A DNA stretch of 32,000 bases, taken from contig NZ_JAHDSX010000009.1 of the NCBI RefSeq assembly GCF_020969955.1, forward strand, positions 1-32,000. Direction: 5' to 3'. The translations under genes were made by a program, and so were the position numbers. The first letter of the stretch is position 1; every line of letters begins with the position of its first letter. Positions 15,091 through 22,351 of this stretch are shown here, piece after piece. The DNA comes from Allobaculum fili. Lineage in GTDB: Bacteria > Bacillota_I > Bacilli_A > Erysipelotrichales > Erysipelotrichaceae. The notes under the pieces are model-generated. The model was not told the DNA's origin. It saw nothing but the letters and a program-made list of their open reading frames with translations, and did not search any database.

Positions 15091-15954
15091 TCAGTCTGGA
15101 CTGTCTTTTCCATCGCTGTCTGCTTCGGGGTGGACAGAAGGGGAAACCAGAATTTCGCGCGAAGCCGAAGGCGTGAGCTCTTCGGAAAGAATAAACGTTC
15201 TTGATGGATCGATTACCGGTTCGAGTTCGTCGAACGGCGCTTCTTCTGGAACGGCGATATCCTGCGGTTCCGTTTCAAAGCCGGACGGTCGCAGAAACGC
15301 GGCCATTTCCTGTTCGTCCCAGGTGCGGGCGGCGCGAAAGACATCGCGCACGATCTGCATTCTGGGCGAAGGGACGCCTTCTTCATAAATTAAAAGTGCG
15401 TCCGCAAGCAGGTGACTGTTGAGAAGAACGTGAAAAACAAACGGATCCTGCGTGGGCTGCAGTTTTCCTCTGGCGCCCAGAACGATCGGGCGCTCAATCA
15501 TGGAAAGGGAGGGAGCCAGTCCATCTGGGTCGTTCAGGAGTTTTTCCAGCCGGTCGATCCAGACGGCTTTCAGACAGTTTTCGCCTTTGAGAATGCTCAG
15601 CGCGTGAAAGGCCATCTGATACTGACGGATGAGAAGCGCTTTGCACTGTCGGGGGCTCAGTCCCCGGCTTCGAAAATCCGAAGCGTGCCGGCGTGCGAAC
15701 GATTCGGTTAACGGATGCGCCGCCAGCCGTGCGGCCTGACGGACGCTTTTCGCACTCCAGCGGGCGTCGCTGGCTTCGAGCTTTTTCATGAACGCGGCTT
15801 CGGAAAGCGCGCAGCGCCGGCAGATCGTTTCACGCAGCGTGTCGAGTTCCTTCTGATCCAGATGGGAGGAGGCCGCAAAGCGATAGAAGCGTGCGGGATG
15901 GCGAAGCGGACCTTCGGTGCTGGAAAGCCGCCTTGCGATGTCTTCTTTGCGCAT
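15091..15954 (-). CDS. hypothetical protein, 287 aa, with no domain recognised
   Basis: A perfect AAGGAGG SD lies 5 nt before the ATG at 15954. The ORF is long with ordinary composition and an acidic, Pro/Glu-rich C-terminal tail. Confidence 0.65.
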   Translation of the reverse strand: MRKEDIARRLSSTEGPLRHPARFYRFAASSHLDQKELDTLRETICRRCALSEAAFMKKLEASDARWSAKSVRQAARLAAHPLTESFARRHASDFRSRGLSPRQCKALLIRQYQMAFHALSILKGENCLKAVWIDRLEKLLNDPDGLAPSLSMIERPIVLGARGKLQPTQDPFVFHVLLNSHLLADALLIYEEGVPSPRMQIVRDVFRAARTWDEQEMAAFLRPSGFETEPQDIAVPEEAPFDELEPVIDPSRTFILSEELTPSASREILVSPSVHPEADSDGKDSPD

Positions 15955-16445
15955 GAGTCCTCCTTTCCATGAATCGTCTGACGCAGACTATCGATATTTG
16001 AATGGAATCGTATGCGGGCAGATCTCTGAAAAAACTATAATCGACAGGCAAAGTTCTGCTCCATATTTTTGCCGCAAATTTCCGGAGAAAACCGAAAGCA
16101 GCTCGCGCTTTCCGGAAAGCCGTCTGGCCGGTTCGAACGGGGCGGCCCGGGAAAAATAAATCGATTTCGAGGTTAAGCGCTTGCCCGATTCGGATACAAA
16201 AAAGGGACGATAATTATTGCTTTGAAAAGCGATAATATTTTTGGATTACCGGCCAAAATGGTATAAAGTATCGAAGAAACGATAAGAACCCGCCTGTTCA
16301 GCCCTTCGTTTGCGAAGGGTGGAAAGCCGAAATGATGAACCCGTCCGAGAATTTGCAGATCTCTGTGAATCTTTGAGCGACTCATACGGCGCAGGCGGTT
16401 TTTATTGGGATATGATTCTGATAAAAGAGGAGGAGCTTTGTAACC

Positions 16446-17777
16446 ATGGCTAAGAAAATTATCCAGGTTGAAGAGAAGGTTCCAGGCAGACTGCTTTTCC
16501 CGCTTTCCCTCCAGCATCTGTTTGCGATGTTTGGAGCGACTGTACTGGTTCCGTTTATCTTCAACATCAACCCGGCCATCGTTCTGTTCATGAATGGCGT
16601 GGGTACCCTGATGTACATTGCGATCACCAAGGGAAAAGCGCCGGCTTACCTTGGCAGTTCGTTCGCGTTTTTAGGACCGGCACAGATCATCATCGCCAAG
16701 TGGGGCTATTCCTACGCCCTTGGCGGATTTGTTGCGGTCGGCTTTCTCGGATGCATCATCGCGTTCATTATCAAGAAGTTTGGAACGAAATGGATTGATA
16801 TTGTACTTCCCCCGGCGGCGATGGGTCCAGTTGTTGCTCTGATCGGTCTTGAACTGGCCGGCAGTGCAGCCAGCACCGCGGGTCTGGTCGGCGATGCCGT
16901 CAGCGCCCATAACATTATTATTTTCCTGGTAACCCTCGGCGTGGCCATCATCGGCAACGTCTGCTTCCGTAAATTTTTCTCGATTATCCCGATTCTGATT
17001 GCGGTTGTCTGCGGCTATCTCACAGCAGTATGCCTGGGCGATGTGGATTTCTCTCCGGTTATGCAGGCCAGCCTGTTCCAGATGCCGAATTTTCAGTTCC
17101 CGAAATTTGAATGGGGCGCGATTCTGACGATGCTGCCCGTACTGCTCGTTATCACTTCCGAGCACGTTGGTCATCAGATCGTCACCAGCCAGATTGTCGG
17201 CCGCGACCTGATCAAGGATCCGGGTCTCGATCGTACGATTTTCGCGGATAACTTCTCGACCATGATTTCCGGTCTCGTTGGGTCGGTTCCAACAACGACC
17301 TACGGCGAAAACATCGGCGTTATGGCGCTGACCGGCGTCTACTCCGTCTACGTTATTGGCGGTGCCGCGGTTCTCTCCATTCTCTGCGCCTTTATCGGTC
17401 CGCTCTGCGCACTGATTCAGTCCATTCCTTCCGCAGTGATCGGCGGCATTTCCTTCCTGCTTTACGGTATGATCGGCGTTTCCGGTCTGCGTATTCTCAT
17501 CGATGAGAAAGTGGATTACTCCAACACCGTAAACATGATTCTGACCGCTGTTGTCTTCGTAGTCGGCCTGTCCGGCGTAACAATCACGCTTGGCGATGTC
17601 AGCCTGTCCGGCATGGTTCTGGCTGCAATGACCGGCATTCTGCTGTCGCTTCTGTTCTTCATCTTCGACAAGTGCCACCTGCTCAACGAAAGCTCCCGCG
17701 AGCCGCAGGATGAAATGAAGGTTCTTGACGAAGTCATCGCAGAAGAAGACGCGCACAAAGCCGAAGCTGCAAAATAG
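16446..17777 (+). CDS. uraA: uracil permease (NCS2 family, UraA/PyrP)
   Basis: The sequence closely matches remembered UraA (PLSLQHLFAMFGATVLVP, PAYLGSSFAF, PPAAMGPVVALIGLELAG). It has about 12-14 TM segments. A GAGGAGGAG SD is present. Confidence 0.9.
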   Translation: MAKKIIQVEEKVPGRLLFPLSLQHLFAMFGATVLVPFIFNINPAIVLFMNGVGTLMYIAITKGKAPAYLGSSFAFLGPAQIIIAKWGYSYALGGFVAVGFLGCIIAFIIKKFGTKWIDIVLPPAAMGPVVALIGLELAGSAASTAGLVGDAVSAHNIIIFLVTLGVAIIGNVCFRKFFSIIPILIAVVCGYLTAVCLGDVDFSPVMQASLFQMPNFQFPKFEWGAILTMLPVLLVITSEHVGHQIVTSQIVGRDLIKDPGLDRTIFADNFSTMISGLVGSVPTTTYGENIGVMALTGVYSVYVIGGAAVLSILCAFIGPLCALIQSIPSAVIGGISFLLYGMIGVSGLRILIDEKVDYSNTVNMILTAVVFVVGLSGVTITLGDVSLSGMVLAAMTGILLSLLFFIFDKCHLLNESSREPQDEMKVLDEVIAEEDAHKAEAAK

Positions 17778-17828
17778 TCCGCCTCATTTCAATTGAATAG
17801 AAAACGGCCCAAAGCCGTAAAAAGAACG

Positions 17829-17855
17829 CCCCGCATGGATTTGCGGGGTTTTCTT
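17829..17855 (+). terminator. intrinsic terminator after uraA
   Basis: The sequence reads CCCCGCA-tggatt-TGCGGGG followed by TTTTCTTCT. Confidence 0.8.
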
Positions 17856-17867
17856 CTGGGCAAATGG

Positions 17868-19217
17868 ATGAAAAGAAATCACTACGGATGGAAAAATAAA
17901 GCCATGAATACTCGAGAGATTACCAATCTGACGATTGAAGAAAAATTTGAAGTGACCATTTCGCTGATTTTTCTTGGCGTTGGTCTGTTCTGTCTGTTCT
18001 TTCCGCAGATCAGCGCGGATTCCATCATGATCAGCGCCGCCATTCTGACGAGTGCATCTGCCGTTCTGCTTCTGTATCAGGCGATTCGCTACCATCGCAC
18101 GATGGATCTGCTCAAGGCGCTGGCCGCCGGCATTCTGGCCGGGGTGTTCTGGAGCTGGAGGGCAGAAGGCGTGCGGATCGTCTGTCTCGTCTTTGCGATT
18201 TACATATTCGCGATCAGCGTGATCGTCGCGCTTGAAGGCGTCTTGGATCTGCGCGAAAAGTCGAAAACCGGATGGAGCTTTATTCTGTTCGGTCTCGGTG
18301 ACTTTCTGATCTGCCTGTTCGCGCTGCTGCTGTATACGCGCGATCCGTCTTTAGTGCAGCGTCTGAGCGGCGTCTATCTGGTCTGGCAGGCGATTCAGAT
18401 GTTTGTCGAACTGTACGTCTTTCATCATCACAAAGGTTCGCGTGCCTGGTCCTTTCGCCGCTGGAGTTCGCTGCCGGTTTATCTGGTCGCCGTCGGTCCA
18501 AGCCTTGTTCTGCGCTATGCGCGAAAAAAGAATCTGAGTAAAAAGGCGTTCACTTCGGTAGCCAATAAAAACGACGACCCCGTCAACCTGCGCGTCTTTA
18601 TCCATTCCGGTCTGAAAGGCGACAAGCAGTTTGGTCATATGACCTTTTCCTACAAAGGCGTCATGTTTTCGTATGGCAACTACGATCAGGAAGACGAAAA
18701 GCTGTTTCGTACGTTTGGTCCGGGCATTCTGTTTACCGCACCGGCGGATATTTACGTCAACAACAGCTGCGTCTATGAAAATTCGATTCTGTTTGAATAC
18801 GGTCTGCACTTAACCTCAGAACAGGAGGAGCATCTCGTTTCGCTTTTAAAGGACGTCTTCAAGCCGGCCTATCGCTGGTACAGTCCGCTCTTTCAGGGGC
18901 CGGTGACAAAAGAGCGCTTCAAGACGTACGAATCCGATTATGCCAGCCGCCTGGAATGGAGAACCGGCGCGAAGTTTTACAAGTTTCGCACCGGCATCTG
19001 GAAAACCTACTGGGTTTTAGGCCGCAACTGTTCGCTGTTTGCCTCCGATCTGCTGCATCAGATCGACTCGTCCATCGTCATTCCGCGCGGCATCAACACC
19101 CCGGGCGAATATTTTGAATACTTTGAAGAAGCCATTCAGGACCCCGACAGCAACGTCATCTGCCAGTCCTGGCATTCCGCTTCCGATCCCGACACGCTTT
19201 ATCCGACAGCCCTGTAA
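17868..19217 (+). CDS. polytopic membrane protein with a C-terminal putative permuted-papain-fold (PPPDE/DUF862-like) His/Cys domain
   Basis: The N-terminal half has about 6 TM helices. The C-terminal 200 aa contain FGHMTFSYKGVMFSYGNYD (His) and YWVLGRNCSLFASDLLHQI...IPRGINTP (Asn-Cys). The ORF-track start at 17793 overlaps the uraA terminator. In-frame ATGs at 17868 or 17904 are more plausible, though neither has a good SD. Confidence 0.6.
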   Translation: MKRNHYGWKNKAMNTREITNLTIEEKFEVTISLIFLGVGLFCLFFPQISADSIMISAAILTSASAVLLLYQAIRYHRTMDLLKALAAGILAGVFWSWRAEGVRIVCLVFAIYIFAISVIVALEGVLDLREKSKTGWSFILFGLGDFLICLFALLLYTRDPSLVQRLSGVYLVWQAIQMFVELYVFHHHKGSRAWSFRRWSSLPVYLVAVGPSLVLRYARKKNLSKKAFTSVANKNDDPVNLRVFIHSGLKGDKQFGHMTFSYKGVMFSYGNYDQEDEKLFRTFGPGILFTAPADIYVNNSCVYENSILFEYGLHLTSEQEEHLVSLLKDVFKPAYRWYSPLFQGPVTKERFKTYESDYASRLEWRTGAKFYKFRTGIWKTYWVLGRNCSLFASDLLHQIDSSIVIPRGINTPGEYFEYFEEAIQDPDSNVICQSWHSASDPDTLYPTAL

Positions 19218-19235
19218 AGACAGGGCTGTTTTTTA
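19206..19235 (+). terminator. intrinsic terminator after the membrane-protein gene
   Basis: The sequence reads ACAGCCCTG-taaaga-CAGGGCTGT followed by TTTTTT. The stop codon lies in the loop. Confidence 0.8.
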
Positions 19236-19278
19236 ATCGGCAATTCGGCGATGGGGGCATCCTTGAGGGCGTGGACGC

Positions 19279-20358
19279 TTATTTTCCGGCTTTTGGACCT
19301 TTCTCTTTCTGCTTTCGTCTTCGGCGGGCGATCAGCCGCTCAAAGCTGCCGCTTTCAATGAATTCCGCCAGCGTGTACTGATCGAGCATTGTTACCGTGC
19401 AGGCCAGCCCCTGCGCCGCTTTTCGATAGCGTTCCTGCAAATGGGCGGGAAGAACCATATAGGCCAGACGCAAAGAGGACGACAGCGATTTGGAAAAGGT
19501 GTTGATGTAGATGACTTTTTCCTGCGCATCCTGCGCATACAGCGTCTGCAGCGCCGGTCCGTTCTGGAAAAATTCAGAGTTGAAGTCATCTTCAATCAGA
19601 TAGCCGCTCTTTTCGGCAATCCAGCTGAGGTAGCGCTTGCGCCTCGATGCACTGGCGACGATGCCGTCGGGATAGCTCGAAAAGGGCGATACCTGCAAAA
19701 ACTGGGCAGAGGAGTTTTGCAGGGCGTCGGGCTGAATGCCGTTTTCATCCAGCGGCAGAGGATGGAGCGTTGCGGACATGGAGGCGTAAATATTTCGCAT
19801 GGCGGGATAGCCGGGCGCTTCAAAGGCCACGTGAAATTCGCCTGCGAACATACGGGCCAGCAGAACGTACAGATCCTGCGCGCCCGAGGCGATGACGATC
19901 TGATCGGGATGCACCTGCAGATGGCGGCTGTTGTGCAGATAGAGCGCGATGACGTTGCGCAGTCTGGCACTGCCCCAGGCGGGAGATGTCTGCATCAGAT
20001 AGTCCTGATCGCGGCTCATGACCAGGCGCATCGTTTTAAACCAGAGCGAGGAAGGAAAATCCGGATCGCTCTTTTTTTCATCCGGCGCCAGCAGATGCAT
20101 CTGAAAGTTTTCCGGGCGGTTTCGACGGTTCCCTTCCGAAACGAAGACGCCTTTGCGCTCCCGGGTTTCCACGTAGCCTTCCTGTTCGAGCAGATCGAGT
20201 GCCTGTTCGACGGTAGAAAGGGAGACGTCCAGATCCATTGCCATCGTCCGTTTGGACGGAAGACGGGTGTGTTCGGGGAAATGGCCGGACTCAATATCCT
20301 GGCGAAGATGGAAGTACAGGCTCTGAGCGAGCGGTTTTTTGAGGGGGTAGCTAATCAT
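19279..20358 (-). CDS. MocR/PdxR-type regulator (GntR wHTH fused to an aminotransferase-like domain), short form
   Basis: The wHTH reads LPSKRTMAMDLDVSLSTVEQALDLLEQEGYVETRERKGVFV. The AAT-fold region includes the PLP-lysine motif NTFSKSLSSSLRLAY. At 359 aa it is shorter than the MocR proteins I remember. An AAAGGAG SD is present. Confidence 0.8.
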   Translation of the reverse strand: MISYPLKKPLAQSLYFHLRQDIESGHFPEHTRLPSKRTMAMDLDVSLSTVEQALDLLEQEGYVETRERKGVFVSEGNRRNRPENFQMHLLAPDEKKSDPDFPSSLWFKTMRLVMSRDQDYLMQTSPAWGSARLRNVIALYLHNSRHLQVHPDQIVIASGAQDLYVLLARMFAGEFHVAFEAPGYPAMRNIYASMSATLHPLPLDENGIQPDALQNSSAQFLQVSPFSSYPDGIVASASRRKRYLSWIAEKSGYLIEDDFNSEFFQNGPALQTLYAQDAQEKVIYINTFSKSLSSSLRLAYMVLPAHLQERYRKAAQGLACTVTMLDQYTLAEFIESGSFERLIARRRRKQKEKGPKAGK

Positions 20359-20498
20359 CTGGTCTGCTCCTTTATTCTTTTTCTGAACCTTTTGATCAGT
20401 TCAGATCTGAGTATACTAAACGCATGACCGGCCAATCCATGAGAATATGCATACAGAAGCAATCGTCGACGCATGGATCCTGTACGGCATGTAAAAAA

Positions 20499-20552
20499 GA
20501 TCCCTTTGTCTGTTTTGCAGCACAACCGTGCCGCAAAACAGACAAAGGGATC
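20499..20552. repeat. perfect 20-bp inverted repeat (hairpin) in the divergent intergenic region
   Basis: The sequence reads GATCCCTTTGTCTGTTTTGC-(14 nt)-GCAAAACAGACAAAGGGATC. The loop can pair further (GCAC-aacc-GTGC). AAAAAA on the plus strand at 20493..20498 gives a U-run after the hairpin only on the minus strand. Confidence 0.9.
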
Positions 20553-20640
20553 CGTTCGATCGCTTTAACGCAGATCTATGATCCATCCCAAAGGACTGTG
20601 CAAAATGCAGACAGTCCCCATAAGAAAGAAGGTCTTTTCC

Positions 20641-21201
20641 ATGCATCTTTCCACCCCCGCAAAATCCAGTACGGCCCGTCCGTTTTCCGTTCTCTGGCTG
20701 ACTACCTGTGCCATGTTCATGGCGCTGACCATTATGCTCTCAAGCTTTGGTGTTCCCGTTCCGGGCGGCAAGCTGTACCTTTGCGACATCGCGATTACGA
20801 CCGCGGCCATCCTGCTTGACCCCCTTGGGGCCATGCTGGTGGGAGGCATCGGTTCCTTTTTAGGCGATGCCATCTTCTATCCCGCTCCGATGTTTGTTTC
20901 ACTGGTCGTTCACGGCCTGCAGGCGTTCGTGATCAGCTGGTGCGCCCACAACCTGTTTAAGAACAAACCGTTTTACGGCGCTTTAGTCGGCGTGATTCTG
21001 GGCTGCATCATTCTGGTCGGCGGCTATACGCTGGGCAAAATCTACGTGTATTCCAACTTTGAAACGGCCATGCTGAAAATGCCGTATGAAATTGCGCAGG
21101 GCGTTCTCGGCGCAAGCTGCGGTCTGCTGCTGACGTACGGCATGGGCCTGCGCAAAATCTTCATGCATATGGCCTCCCGCTCACACGCTTCCCGGATCTG
21201 A
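20641..21201 (+). CDS. ECF-transporter S-component-like small membrane protein, substrate unknown
   Basis: The product is about 186 aa with 5-6 TM helices, in an S-component-like layout. It is divergent from the MocR-type regulator. The start is set at the ATG at 20641 (GAAGG SD 8 nt upstream). ATGs at 20578 and 20605 are also possible. Confidence 0.55.
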   Translation: MHLSTPAKSSTARPFSVLWLTTCAMFMALTIMLSSFGVPVPGGKLYLCDIAITTAAILLDPLGAMLVGGIGSFLGDAIFYPAPMFVSLVVHGLQAFVISWCAHNLFKNKPFYGALVGVILGCIILVGGYTLGKIYVYSNFETAMLKMPYEIAQGVLGASCGLLLTYGMGLRKIFMHMASRSHASRI

Positions 21202-21299
21202 TCGAAAGAGGGGACAGCGTGTACATTGGCGATGTGTATTCGCTATATAAAACGGAATATAAAACGGAAAATTGTCCGTTTTGAAATACTGTTATTCCC

Positions 21300-21324
21300 G
21301 GAGCCTCCTTGAGGCTCTTTTTTT
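21300..21324 (+). terminator. intrinsic terminator after the ECF-S-like gene
   Basis: The sequence reads GGAGCCTC-ctt-GAGGCTC followed by TTTTTTT. Confidence 0.8.
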
Positions 21325-21490
21325 CACCCAGAACGAGCAGGCAGCGCAAAAAAAGAGCTCGCTTTTCAGGAACTCTTTTCTGTAATGCATTATAAAGCCG
21401 CGGCTTTCTGCTTTCTAAAGGATCAATGGATCTGTTTTGTCCCTTAGAAAGAAAAGGGGACGAAGCCATCGGATTTGAGGAGTTTTTTTC

Positions 21491-22339
21491 TTAAAGGGGA
21501 ATTTCTTCCATGCTGTACCAGGCGATGTCTTCCTGCTTCCAGCCGAAACGGTTCAGAGCCTCGTATTCATCGTGGCTGGTCGTAAAATGATGTGCACCGC
21601 TTTTTGCATTCGGGTTGTAGACGCGATAAAGCGGTGTAGACGATCCGGCAGCGGAATAGAAAGCGATGCCTTCATCGTTCCAGCCCAGTTTGACCAGCCG
21701 TTCTTTTTCCTGAACATCCGTTGTGTAGTGATGATCTCCGGCATTTGGATTATACAGTCTGTAGATCGCGTACGGACTTTCTTCCGGGGCAAGCCAGTGT
21801 GAGGTTTCTTCTTTCCAGCCGATTTTTCCAAGATAGTCTTTTTCCTTTTCGTCGCTGGTAAAGAAATGTTCGCCGCTGTTTGGATTATACAGACGGAAAA
21901 CGGTATCGGTCGGGGCCGTAACATAGACGTACTGCTTTACATCAAGCGCAATATCCCGAACGACCAGTTTCTTGCCTGGAAAAGCCGCTTCCAGTTTTTT
22001 CATATCTTCTTCCGTATATTTCACATCGACATACACGTTGGTCGACCCTGGAGCGACCGCCTGCCAGTTGCCGGCCCCATCCATGGTAAAAACTTCGGGG
22101 TGATCGGGGATGACTTGCAGGCAACCTTCTACTTCTACGCCTTCAACCGGCTCAAGGGAAAACTCGATTTTCCCGTTTTCTTTCCAGTTTACAGTTTCGA
22201 TGGATTCCAGATCGATGCTTTCCAACTGAGGAGTGATATCGATCTCTTCTTGTTCCCCTGCTGCCAGAACGGGTGTACCGCTTGCTCCAGCAGCAAGAAG
22301 CAGGGCTAAAGTACCTTGAAACAAAACGTTCTTCTTCAT
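21491..22339 (-). CDS. secreted protein with an N-terminal beta-rich (possibly Ig-like) domain and three C-terminal YNPN/GW repeats
   Basis: A signal peptide is present (MKKNVLFQGTLALLLAAGASGTPVLAAGE). The repeats are VFRLYNPNSGEHFFT...IGWKEE, AIYRLYNPNAGDHHYT...LGWNDEGIAFY and LYRVYNPNAKSGAHHFT...FGWKQEDIAWY. The ATG lies 12 nt after the protease stop, with an AAAGGAA SD. Confidence 0.8.
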   Translation of the reverse strand: MKKNVLFQGTLALLLAAGASGTPVLAAGEQEEIDITPQLESIDLESIETVNWKENGKIEFSLEPVEGVEVEGCLQVIPDHPEVFTMDGAGNWQAVAPGSTNVYVDVKYTEEDMKKLEAAFPGKKLVVRDIALDVKQYVYVTAPTDTVFRLYNPNSGEHFFTSDEKEKDYLGKIGWKEETSHWLAPEESPYAIYRLYNPNAGDHHYTTDVQEKERLVKLGWNDEGIAFYSAAGSSTPLYRVYNPNAKSGAHHFTTSHDEYEALNRFGWKQEDIAWYSMEEIPL

Positions 22340-22351
22340 GTTGATTCCTTT

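Noticed and set aside
16269-16445. A PyrR attenuator or a purine/xanthine riboswitch was considered for the uraA leader.
   Set aside because: The PyrR loop consensus (A/G-UCCAGAGAGG-C/U) is absent. The three-way junction sequence of guanine/adenine-class aptamers was also not recognised. The leader is therefore reported only as an unclassified candidate.
17793-17867. The ORF-track start of the 474-aa membrane protein lies at 17793.
   Set aside because: Its first 25 codons overlap the uraA terminator hairpin (17829..17855) and a second small hairpin (17803..17817). In-frame ATGs at 17868 and 17904 are more plausible.
21245-21282. CRISPR-like or other arrays were considered for the tandem repeats at 21245 (12 bp x2, ATATAAAACGGA, plus inverted TCCGTTTT), 27056 (18 bp x2) and 31256 (28 bp x2).
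   Set aside because: Each has only two adjacent copies with no spacers and no cas genes, so these are simple tandem duplications and not CRISPR arrays.
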